A DNA stretch of 64,000 nucleotides, taken from assembly GCA_002733135.1 (NCBI GenBank), contig NVUJ01000009.1, positions 7,518 through 71,517 of the forward strand. Direction: 5' to 3'. This document shows positions 1 through 7,258 of the stretch, piece after piece (position 1 is the first letter of the stretch; the number at the start of each line of letters is the position of its first letter). The translations under genes were made by a program, and so were the position numbers. The stretch comes from Cycloclasticus sp. Lineage in GTDB: Bacteria; Pseudomonadota; Gammaproteobacteria; Methylococcales; Cycloclasticaceae. The notes beneath the pieces are model-generated. The model had not been told where the DNA came from and did not search any database. It saw nothing but the letters and a program-made list of their open reading frames with translations.

Positions 1-46
1 CCTCTCTGACCAAATAATCAGTTACCGCTTTTTCACAACAATTCAT
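1..46 (-). CDS. 5' end of a small cassette ORF (MNCCEKAVTDYLVRE...), runs off window
   Basis: ATG at 46 preceded by AAGGA SD; same position relative to the attC-like site as neighbouring cassette genes. Confidence 0.55.
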   Translation of the reverse strand, partial: MNCCEKAVTDYLVRE

Positions 47-77
47 ATTTAATTCCTTCAATAGTTTCAGTATCGCA

Positions 78-138
78 ACATAACAAGCTCTATCAAGCCG
101 ACTCGCTGCGCTCTCGGCTTATTTCGTAAGGGTTATGT
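78..138 (+). repeat. attC-like recombination site 1 (61 bp)
   Basis: R'' ACATAAC, spacer AAGCTC, L'' TAT[C]AAGC, central stem CGACTCGCTGCGCTCTCG, L' GCTTATT, spacer TCGTAAGG, R' GTTATGT; strongly resembles aadA-type attC layout. Confidence 0.85.
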
Positions 139-139
139 G

Positions 140-325
140 CTATTCCCAGTCCTTGAGCATCTTTCCTTTTTTACCTTTCTTTTGTCGCTGCTCAAGCAGT
201 GGTGCGCTAGGTTTACGGCTGGCTAACTTGTAATAAATGGTTTCAAAGCAAAAATCTTTTACGCTTGCTGTACCCCTATCGCTGTAGTCTATATGCCCTT
301 TAGTACCTACGTTAACTAAGCTCAT
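140..325 (-). CDS. Cassette ORF, 61 aa, N-terminal EF-Tu G1-like motif VNVGTKGHID, basic C-terminus
   Basis: Fills interval between attC 1 and 2; ATG lies in R'' box of site 2, GGAG SD in its L'' box. Confidence 0.65.
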   Translation of the reverse strand: MSLVNVGTKGHIDYSDRGTASVKDFCFETIYYKLASRKPSAPLLEQRQKKGKKGKMLKDWE

Positions 326-424
326 AACAAATCTCTCCGGTTGACAAATAACCGTTTTGGCATTTGTCGTTAAAAATTAGTTTATCGCAGCGGTTATTTG
401 CCGCTGAGTTCTAAAGGGTTATGC
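322..424 (+). repeat. attC-like recombination site 2 (103 bp)
   Basis: R'' TCATAAC, spacer AAATC, L'' TCT[C]CGGT, stem CAAATAACCG/CGGTTATTTG, L' GCTGAGT, spacer TCTAAAGG, R' GTTATGC. Confidence 0.8.
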
Positions 425-658
425 TTCAGTATCAACATCAAAGCATAGCTTCATAAATCGACTTGCCGCATCGTTACCTATTTCTCGCGCTTCAAATGAG
501 GTTAGCGGTAAATCGCTCTTATTGTCTTTAATAGCGTCATAACACATCATTGCTATATTGCAATGCCAAGAATGGGCGTAACCACCTTGCTCAGCTGCAC
601 CATCATCAATCATTGCCTGCTTTAATACTGCAAAGGCTTCTTGTACTTTATCTGTCAT
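419..658 (-). CDS. Cassette ORF, 79 aa phage-type hypothetical protein (YAHSWHCNIAM motif)
   Basis: ATG at 658 with AGGAG SD (preferred over 688); TAA stop inside R' box of site 2. Confidence 0.8.
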   Translation of the reverse strand: MTDKVQEAFAVLKQAMIDDGAAEQGGYAHSWHCNIAMMCYDAIKDNKSDLPLTSFEAREIGNDAASRFMKLCFDVDTEA

Positions 659-679
659 TTCAAAACTCCTACCAAAATG

Positions 680-746
680 GCATAACAAGTAAATTAAGTC
701 TGACCGCGCAAAGAGCCGCGCGTCAGCTTATTAAAAATCGTTATGT
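680..746 (+). repeat. attC-like recombination site 3 (67 bp)
   Basis: R'' GCATAAC, spacer AAGTA, AAT[T]AAG[T]CTGAC pairs with GTCAGCTTATT, spacer AAAAATC, R' GTTATGT. Confidence 0.85.
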
Positions 747-923
747 TGCCAGTACGCCAACTTCGCCCTTGTTATCACCGTCTAGATATTTATCAACAAG
801 CCGCGTTTCCTCAGCTTCGCTTGGAACAATAGTGCCATTTCTATATTTTTCAGTGTCACTAAAATCAAACTCAAACTGAAGAAGTATTTTTGATATGGGT
901 TTGCCCAACTCTATAATTTTCAT
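741..923 (-). CDS. Cassette ORF, 60 aa acidic hypothetical protein
   Basis: GAGGA SD upstream; TAA stop inside R' of site 3. Confidence 0.7.
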   Translation of the reverse strand: MKIIELGKPISKILLQFEFDFSDTEKYRNGTIVPSEAEETRLVDKYLDGDNKGEVGVLAT

Positions 924-945
924 TCTCTTTCCTCGTTTAATTCAC

Positions 946-1008
946 ACATAACATATCTTTCAAGTACGACGCACATAAAACGTGCGCGTCTTAACTTTTG
1001 CGTTATTC
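946..1008 (+). repeat. attC-like recombination site 4 (63 bp)
   Basis: R'' ACATAAC, spacer ATATC, TTT[C]AAG[T]ACG[A]CGCAC pairs with GTGCGCGTCTTAAC, spacer TTTTGC, R' GTTATTC. Confidence 0.85.
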
Positions 1009-1239
1009 GTCATACACCCTTCTGCTAATCGTAATCATGTTCTTTATAAATTCGATAAATGCGAAAAGTGCAAATCCAAAAACCAGACTCATCCATCCCC
1101 ACAAAAAACCTATTAACATTTCTACAGCAATTACGACTAGCCAAAATAAAATTACAACTATCGAGCTTGCCAGCCAATTTTTACTAAAGCGAATAACATC
1201 TCGCTCAACCTGATTCGTCTCTTCACTCGCTTTGCTCAT
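1003..1239 (-). CDS. Cassette ORF, 78 aa membrane protein (about 2 TM helices)
   Basis: GAGGA SD; long hydrophobic stretch; TAA stop inside R' of site 4. Confidence 0.75.
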   Translation of the reverse strand: MSKASEETNQVERDVIRFSKNWLASSIVVILFWLVVIAVEMLIGFLWGWMSLVFGFALFAFIEFIKNMITISRRVYDE

Positions 1240-1252
1240 TTCGTTCCTCTCA

Positions 1253-1274
1253 TGTTAGCTCCAAAAGGTTAGGT
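1253..1274 (+). repeat. Right half of an attC-like site (left arm deleted)
   Basis: L' TGTTAGC, 8-nt spacer TCCAAAAG, R' GTTAGGT containing the stop codon of ORF 1269-1496; no R''/L'' arm upstream. Confidence 0.55.
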
Positions 1275-1496
1275 TTCAAAACGTATCCGCGCTATTCGTG
1301 CCTTAAAATAACTACCGTGTTTATTAACCTCGCAATTTTTACAGCTACAAGTTTCGCTTTTTACTGAATAAGCCAAAACATGAAATCTTGCGCCATCACA
1401 AACAATATGTTTTTCCGTACCATCGGGGTTAAACTCGGGTAGGTAATTATGCAAATCTTGGATTGTTGTTAAAGCTTTATGTTGTATTACACCCAT
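1269..1496 (-). CDS. Cassette ORF, 75 aa Cys/His-containing hypothetical protein
   Basis: AAGGTG SD; HIVC...FHV...CSCKNCE possible metal site; stop inside GTTAGGT box. Confidence 0.7.
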   Translation of the reverse strand: MGVIQHKALTTIQDLHNYLPEFNPDGTEKHIVCDGARFHVLAYSVKSETCSCKNCEVNKHGSYFKARIARIRFET

Positions 1497-1516
1497 AAAT
1501 CACCTTTGAAATAAAA

Positions 1517-1572
1517 ATATAACCATTCGGAGCTACGCATACAGACAGACTTTGTAGTTGCTCACATTACCC
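1517..1572 (+). repeat. Degenerate attC-like site at the portal junction
   Basis: ATATAAC-CATTC R''+spacer; CTAC/GTAG stem; ATT instead of GTT at the R' position, coinciding with the portal stop codon. Confidence 0.35.
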
Positions 1573-2928
1573 GCTCACACTTGTCATACTTTCACCCTTT
1601 GGGCTATTGCCTGGTGTAATGCTGATTTTAGGCGGTCCTGTTTCTCCCTCCCCGTCTACAGTCGGGTAAGGGTCGTCGCTGTTTTCCTGGTCTTTTCTTG
1701 CAGCGAGTACGGCGCTGGCATCTAATCCAGCGGCTTTCCAAACCAGTTTAGGCGGCACACCAATGGCTTGGTGCTTCAACGCTAGGTCGGCTCGTTGGTT
1801 TGGCGTGTCTGTTCTGCGTTCTGCAAATTTTACGGTAAATTCTGCATCTTCTGGGTTGATGCCTTGCAGTAGTAGATCCAGCTTGAAGCCGTGCTCGTAG
1901 GCTTCGGCTTGGGTGTCTTGCATGGCGTCTATTTCTTCGTAGTAGTCTTTTTTCAGGTCTTCGAGTATGTCTCGGTTTATATCGCCCACGTATCCGAACA
2001 GGCCTTTTGGGGCGGGGCTTCCTGCAAAGAAGGTGTCTAGCAAATACGATACATCGGCTATTTGGTCCAGGTTGGCATCGCCCTGTATGGGGGTTACGCC
2101 GCCTTTTTTATTGGCAAAGTAGTCAGTGGTGATGTCTTGTTGGTCATTTTCTACGCTATCCTTGTAATCTTGCAGCTCATCGGCTGTTGCGCCCTCTAGC
2201 ACGTGGGATGTTCTTAGCGGTGCGCGTTGTCTTCTGCGGATGACGAGGTCTTCTTCTGTCATGCGCAGTTGTTGCCATGTGCTGCGTGTTGCGTCTAAGT
2301 AGGGGCGGCCTAGCGACCCTTCGTCGTCGTAATTATCGGGTGTTAGGCGTACTAGGCTTAGTTGCCATTTGGCAAAGCTGGCGATTTCTTTGCCTGCTGT
2401 TATGTCTATTTGCGAGTAGGCTTTGTTTACATCGTCAAACGTGCCGTTTTCGCCTACATTTGGGCGTATTGTTTCGGTGGGCATACGGATAGCTTGAACA
2501 ATGCGGTTTTGATTGTTGAGCACCCATTGAAGGGGTAGGTTGCCTTCCATCACCAGCCCACGAGCATCGGATTCTAGTTTTTGGATTTTATTGAGCTTTA
2601 GCCGCTTAACAAATTGCTTAAAAGCGCTGACAATGCGGTCATCTTCTACCTGCATTTCTAGCATGAGGCCGCCTTTTACGGCTGATCGCGCCATGCGGGT
2701 ATGTATTTTTTTGACGCGGCCATCGACGGTATCCATGCGGCGTACGTCGAGTATGCGTTGATGTATTTCTGGGTCTACCCACATCATGCGGTATAGGTGG
2801 CGTATTTGATTCTCGGGCGTGGTGCGGTTGCCTTGCTCGGTTGTGGTCTTGTCTTTTTGGCCTGTTAGGTCGTCGGCTGTGCTGGCAACCGGTATGGGCT
2901 TGCGTCTAAAAATTCTGAGTAAATCCAT
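1567..2928 (-). CDS. Phage portal protein
   Basis: About 450 aa immediately after terL; ATG at 2928 overlaps terL stop (TAATG); GRPYLD motif typical of portals. Confidence 0.75.
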   Translation of the reverse strand: MDLLRIFRRKPIPVASTADDLTGQKDKTTTEQGNRTTPENQIRHLYRMMWVDPEIHQRILDVRRMDTVDGRVKKIHTRMARSAVKGGLMLEMQVEDDRIVSAFKQFVKRLKLNKIQKLESDARGLVMEGNLPLQWVLNNQNRIVQAIRMPTETIRPNVGENGTFDDVNKAYSQIDITAGKEIASFAKWQLSLVRLTPDNYDDEGSLGRPYLDATRSTWQQLRMTEEDLVIRRRQRAPLRTSHVLEGATADELQDYKDSVENDQQDITTDYFANKKGGVTPIQGDANLDQIADVSYLLDTFFAGSPAPKGLFGYVGDINRDILEDLKKDYYEEIDAMQDTQAEAYEHGFKLDLLLQGINPEDAEFTVKFAERRTDTPNQRADLALKHQAIGVPPKLVWKAAGLDASAVLAARKDQENSDDPYPTVDGEGETGPPKISITPGNSPKGESMTSVSG

Positions 2929-4496
2929 TAAGCCGCTCCCATTAGTTGCTGGCGTGTTTTTGTGTTGGTTAGTACGGTGGTTTGTACGGCGCATGCGCCG
3001 CGTGTTGCTAGTGCCCATACGGCTGCCATGGCGGCATCGAACAAATCATCACCAATTTTTGTGTTGGCTTGTTTGTAGCTGGCGTAGGTTGTTTTGGTGG
3101 CAACCGGTACGATGTTGGCCAGTTGTCCGATGAAGGTTCTAAAATCTATTATTTCTGGGTCGGTCATGTTTTGATCGTCAAAATACGGGATGGCCGCTTG
3201 GCGGTTGTGAAATAGCGATTTGATTGATTGCGCCATCGAGTGTTTGGTCATGCCTTCAAAGCGAATGGGTGAAAACGGCCACTCTGGCCATGTGCTGGCG
3301 GTGCTGTCTCCATCGCCTATTGCGCGGCGGTCTATGTGGGTTAGCCCTTTGTCGTATAGGTCGTCATTGAGCGAGGTGAGCATGCCTACGCCGTACGCAT
3401 CGCCCATTGCATAATCTGGGTTGAAGTATTCCCATAATCCCAGCAAGTCCTTTTTCACCATGTTGTCGTCTGCACCTGGGGTCCATGTTCGTACGTAGGG
3501 GAAGGTGGTGAAGTTGCCAATTTGCTCGGTTACAACCAGCGCGTGTTTTGAACTGGTTGGGTTTTCGCCGTGGCCACCTGCATCGTAACCGAAGCTGATG
3601 AGACCGCGTTTTTTGTAATGTTCACCGGGTAATGGGCTGGCTATTTGCAAGCTGGCCTCTAAACCCACCTGCATGGATCGCCTGATGTATTTTTCCCATA
3701 TTAAATTTCGTGAGCTGATATTTTTGCACAGCATTTGGCGTATGTATTCGTCTGGCGCCAGCTGTTTTCGCATTTGCATCATGAAGTTTTCGTCGATGAT
3801 GCCCATTTCCATACCCAGGTAGCAGTCGATAGTAGGTAGCACGTGATAGCCTTCGCTGCTTATCATGTCGCTTAGGGTGTCGGCGCCTTTGAACACGCCG
3901 GTTACGCGTATTTCAGGGTTATTTTTGCTATCTAGGTCTGCGCCTAACCGCCTGTTTGAACCCATCATCATTAGGAAGTTAGAGTACAAGCGGTCACGTG
4001 GCATGTCGTCAACTTCTTCCAGTGATGCGGCAGTTAAATCACCCCCATCCATTTGCGACATAATGCCATAGGCTCTCGTCTTGGAGCGGTTGGCGAATTC
4101 GTAGTATGTATCAGCCAGTTGTTTGCGGCCAGATTTTACCGCTATCCATGCATCAAGTATGGGAGAGCGCCTAATCGCATCAAGATGGTAACCTAAATTC
4201 ACCAATGCTTGAGCTTCACGCGGAGCAACTATTCCCAGCTCTTGATCGGGCTGGGTGGCGTTTTGCTTGTTCTGGTAAAGCTCTTTGATTGCGGTTTTTC
4301 CAGTTCGTCGGCAGGAGAAGTCAATCGTATTCGGGTTCTGGTCCATCTCAATGCATTTCAAAATTTGCATTGGGTCTAGCTCAACGTTGTGGATGTGTTT
4401 GTGCCATAGCGAATGATCGTTTTTATACCGCATTACCTCAATTTCTGCACGATTGCGTAGTTTTATGCGTTTGGCGCTGCTGATACGTTCAGCCAT
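2928..4496 (-). CDS. Terminase large subunit
   Basis: Walker A CRRTGKT, Walker B SLEEVDD, RNase H-like GYDAG and C-terminal DDLFDA acidic residues. Confidence 0.85.
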   Translation of the reverse strand: MAERISSAKRIKLRNRAEIEVMRYKNDHSLWHKHIHNVELDPMQILKCIEMDQNPNTIDFSCRRTGKTAIKELYQNKQNATQPDQELGIVAPREAQALVNLGYHLDAIRRSPILDAWIAVKSGRKQLADTYYEFANRSKTRAYGIMSQMDGGDLTAASLEEVDDMPRDRLYSNFLMMMGSNRRLGADLDSKNNPEIRVTGVFKGADTLSDMISSEGYHVLPTIDCYLGMEMGIIDENFMMQMRKQLAPDEYIRQMLCKNISSRNLIWEKYIRRSMQVGLEASLQIASPLPGEHYKKRGLISFGYDAGGHGENPTSSKHALVVTEQIGNFTTFPYVRTWTPGADDNMVKKDLLGLWEYFNPDYAMGDAYGVGMLTSLNDDLYDKGLTHIDRRAIGDGDSTASTWPEWPFSPIRFEGMTKHSMAQSIKSLFHNRQAAIPYFDDQNMTDPEIIDFRTFIGQLANIVPVATKTTYASYKQANTKIGDDLFDAAMAAVWALATRGACAVQTTVLTNTKTRQQLMGAA

Positions 4497-5464
4497 TATT
4501 GCGACCCGTGCTCGATGAGGATGGGGTCGCTGTCTGATCGCTTCTTGCTGTTTTCAATCATGGCTTTTAGGCCTTCTAGCGCATCGGCTTGGCGGCGCTG
4601 ATAGCCTAGTAGCTCATCGCCTTTTTGCTCTGCACCACTGAGCTTGCCTTGCAGCTCTTCTTCATCTTCGCGTAGCTTGGGCGTCATACCTTGGTCTGCC
4701 ATGGTGAGGCTGTTTTTTGACACGAAGTCCATGAGGGTTTTTAGCAAAGGGTGGGCTGAATAGTCCATGGACAAATGCACTTCGCCATCGCCGTCAAGGT
4801 ACGTCTCGGGAATAAACTTACCGGCCTTTTGGTCGTAGGTGCCGCGAGGGTTTTTTAATTCCACTCCCGTGTTGACCAGCGACAGCATCACGTTATCCAT
4901 GATCGACTGGATGCGAGATTGATTGTTGGCCTGAATGTCGCGAAGCTGGTCGGGGTTGTTCTCAGAAAACGCAATTTGGTAACGCATGGCCCGGTCGGCC
5001 TCTTTCGCGCAAATTATGTTTTCACGGCATACATCGTGAGCAATTTGACAACCTTTGCATTGCAGGTATTGCCCAGGGCGTGCAGGGAAGAACTCAAGGG
5101 TTTGTGCATACATGCCGTGCTTCAAGCCGTTAAATCGCACTCGCTTGCGCTGTTCAGCCGTTGGGTAGCCCTCAAGGTTCTTTTTCGAGTTAGCCTTACC
5201 TTCCTCGGTTTTTGGCCCCGTGTGTTTGCCGTAACTCGACATCAACGCTATTTCCCATACCTGCTGCTTGCACTCTTTGCCGCAACGCGGGCAATCAGCA
5301 AAATAAGCCCACGGGTGCGTTGTTTTTTCTGGCACATCTTCAATTCTGGACGGATCAGCAACAAAACCCGGCTCACTCACCCCGTTTTTTTTGCACGGGC
5401 GACAAATAAAACTCACCTCATCGAGGGGGTTTGTTGGGTCGCATTGTCGAGATTTATTCAACAT
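4496..5464 (-). CDS. Putative terminase small subunit with Cys clusters
   Basis: Coupled to terL (TAATG); CxxC..CxxC N-terminus, TGPKTEEGK...NGLKHG motif, C-terminal coiled coil. Confidence 0.55.
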   Translation of the reverse strand: MLNKSRQCDPTNPLDEVSFICRPCKKNGVSEPGFVADPSRIEDVPEKTTHPWAYFADCPRCGKECKQQVWEIALMSSYGKHTGPKTEEGKANSKKNLEGYPTAEQRKRVRFNGLKHGMYAQTLEFFPARPGQYLQCKGCQIAHDVCRENIICAKEADRAMRYQIAFSENNPDQLRDIQANNQSRIQSIMDNVMLSLVNTGVELKNPRGTYDQKAGKFIPETYLDGDGEVHLSMDYSAHPLLKTLMDFVSKNSLTMADQGMTPKLREDEEELQGKLSGAEQKGDELLGYQRRQADALEGLKAMIENSKKRSDSDPILIEHGSQ

Positions 5465-5532
5465 TGCGAGAATCTATCACCAAAGTCCGGTGCAAAAACA
5501 CCCTAAATTCTGCTACGTTTTGCATATTCATC

Positions 5533-5958
5533 TCATTTTTTCAAAGCAACAATGCGTTTAATATGTGAAACACTCACTCTCTCACCTAAATCTACTTTTA
5601 TTTGATCCTGGATGTCAGAATAACTAAAACCAGATGACCGCAAAGAAATTATTACACGGTTGCGCTGGTACTTTATCCACCCAGCAAACCTCGGCACGTA
5701 AATACTGCACTTGCTAGATCGCGTATCGTCATGGTCACTTAGCTTCTGCCAAACGACGATAAACGAATCGAAGCCGATGGATTCCGCAATATCAACCCAG
5801 TGACGAGATAAACCCATTTCTCTTAATTCCGAAATCCTAGGGTCATCAAAAAAACTTTTTTTCAAATAACCAGAATTAGTGCAGTTATCTAAGTACCCTG
5901 CTACCCCCACAGGTGTTTTTGTTTCTTTATGCCGACCCCCCACCCCTACCTTGATCAT
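5533..5958 (-). CDS. Mor/C-like late transcription activator
   Basis: SIYVP..QRNRVI.. followed by C-terminal HTH; placed before packaging genes. Confidence 0.6.
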   Translation of the reverse strand: MIKVGVGGRHKETKTPVGVAGYLDNCTNSGYLKKSFFDDPRISELREMGLSRHWVDIAESIGFDSFIVVWQKLSDHDDTRSSKCSIYVPRFAGWIKYQRNRVIISLRSSGFSYSDIQDQIKVDLGERVSVSHIKRIVALKK

Positions 5959-6049
5959 CCCTTAACCTCAATTCCATCACGTGAGTTGCGGTTTGCAATA
6001 TGTACACAGTCGCGGCAACCCTTGGTAACACTGAAACTACGTATCATCC

Positions 6050-6078
6050 AGTTGCGCTTTATCAAATAACGCGCAATT
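6050..6078. other. Palindromic 11-7-11 site, candidate tyrosine-recombinase core site
   Basis: AGTTGCGCTTT-ATCAAAT-AACGCGCAATT, about 170 bp downstream of the Xer-like recombinase. Confidence 0.45.
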
Positions 6079-6244
6079 GAGTTCCAAGCGTCATACATGC
6101 TTTTACTTAGACTTAGTCTAAATTTGCCAATCACATACAAATATCTCAAAACATCGGCAATACAAGGGAAACAAACAATCAACTGGTTAAGCCTATAGCT
6201 GTTCCAAGTGTTTTTTAGGCGTAAAAAGAAGATGTTTAACAATC

Positions 6245-7258
6245 TCATTTATTCAACTCCCTCATAAGCTGGGTCACCGGTGTGTTTATTTTTCCAAGCG
6301 GGTTACCTTTTGCGCTCTCTGCCCTCAGTCTTCTTAACGCAGTGTGATTGTATATATCAACCGTGTCGGTTTTTACGTGGCCCAACAAAGCCTTCATGTG
6401 CAATATGTTTACATTTGCTTCAGCCAGCTCAGTGCCATACAAATGCCTAAGTGAATGTGCGTGGACAACTTTAGGATCTATACCCGCCCGTTTGCCATAT
6501 TTCTTCAGCATGTCGTCAATTGTCTTGGTTGATAATCGTCGGGCTTCGCCATAATAATTATACGAAGGTACGTTGTAGTTCCTTGTGGAAACAAACAACA
6601 CTTTGTCACCATCATCTAGGTCTCTAACCACCGGGGCTAATTCAGGATGCCCCATATATGCGCGAATTAATAATCTAACTTCATCTGGGGCGGGGACCAT
6701 CCGTTGCTTCTTCCCTTTCTCTTCGACCTTGATAATCAACACCTCGCGGTTTAGTTCATCTTCTGTCCATATCAAACTTGATTCATTCAGGTTTGTAACA
6801 CCACTCATCCTAAACCCACAACCGATAAAAGTAGCAATGATAGCCGCATCTCTTACCCCAATAAGTGTGGTTAAGTCTGGTTGCTGCAACAATCTCTCGG
6901 CATCCCTAAGTTGCATAATGTTTGGGAAATGAGATGGAACCTTTGGCGCAACGACGTGTTTAGCTGGATTATCCAAACGTATATTATTTCTCTGGGCCCA
7001 GGCGAAAAAACCTTTTACACATGAGATGACAGGCTTTCTGCCAGCGGGTCTTAAGCCCTGCATTATTAAATGCATACCAGTAAACTCATCAAGGCTAGCC
7101 TGGTCAGCCGTTTCGTGGTTTTGTTTTTTTGTTACCAGAAATTTTTTCAGCCGAGCAAGGTAGCCCTGGTATTTATGCACTGTATTGTCCGACCTGCCTA
7201 AATTACCACCTAAAAATTCGGCATACCTAGCTATCGCATTATCAAAATCATCGATCAT
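6245..7258 (-). CDS. XerC/D-like tyrosine recombinase (core-binding + catalytic domains)
   Basis: RDAAI..GFR, KGKKQR, HSLRH, LLGH, DIY catalytic set; N-terminal SAM-like domain. Confidence 0.92.
   Translation of the reverse strand: MIDDFDNAIARYAEFLGGNLGRSDNTVHKYQGYLARLKKFLVTKKQNHETADQASLDEFTGMHLIMQGLRPAGRKPVISCVKGFFAWAQRNNIRLDNPAKHVVAPKVPSHFPNIMQLRDAERLLQQPDLTTLIGVRDAAIIATFIGCGFRMSGVTNLNESSLIWTEDELNREVLIIKVEEKGKKQRMVPAPDEVRLLIRAYMGHPELAPVVRDLDDGDKVLFVSTRNYNVPSYNYYGEARRLSTKTIDDMLKKYGKRAGIDPKVVHAHSLRHLYGTELAEANVNILHMKALLGHVKTDTVDIYNHTALRRLRAESAKGNPLGKINTPVTQLMRELNK

Noticed and set aside
419-658. Assignment to a named anti-defence family (Tad/Acb sponges)
   Set aside because: Motifs do not match those I can recall; needs an HMM search.
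78-1274. CRISPR array or simple terminator series as the explanation for the periodic hairpins
   Set aside because: Units differ in sequence and length (61-103 bp), intervening segments are whole ORFs, no cas genes are visible, and the hairpins lack U-tracts but have attC boxes.
2929-3018. 30-aa N-terminal extension of portal in the ORF track
   Set aside because: It overlaps terL; ATG 2928 gives standard TAATG coupling.
6050-6078. Chromosomal dif site
   Set aside because: No XerD arm (TTATGTTAAAT); the site is symmetric and inside a prophage.
5955-6248. 97-aa ORF between recombinase and Mor-like gene
   Set aside because: No recognisable motif and atypical composition, and the region is rich in DNA palindromes; treated as probably non-coding, though 4-nt overlaps at both ends mean it cannot be excluded.
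6245-7258. Calling the gene intI or host xerC/xerD
   Set aside because: Lacks the IntI LP.AL.RKYP signature and is not adjacent to the array; it is embedded in a phage operon and divergent from host Xer proteins.
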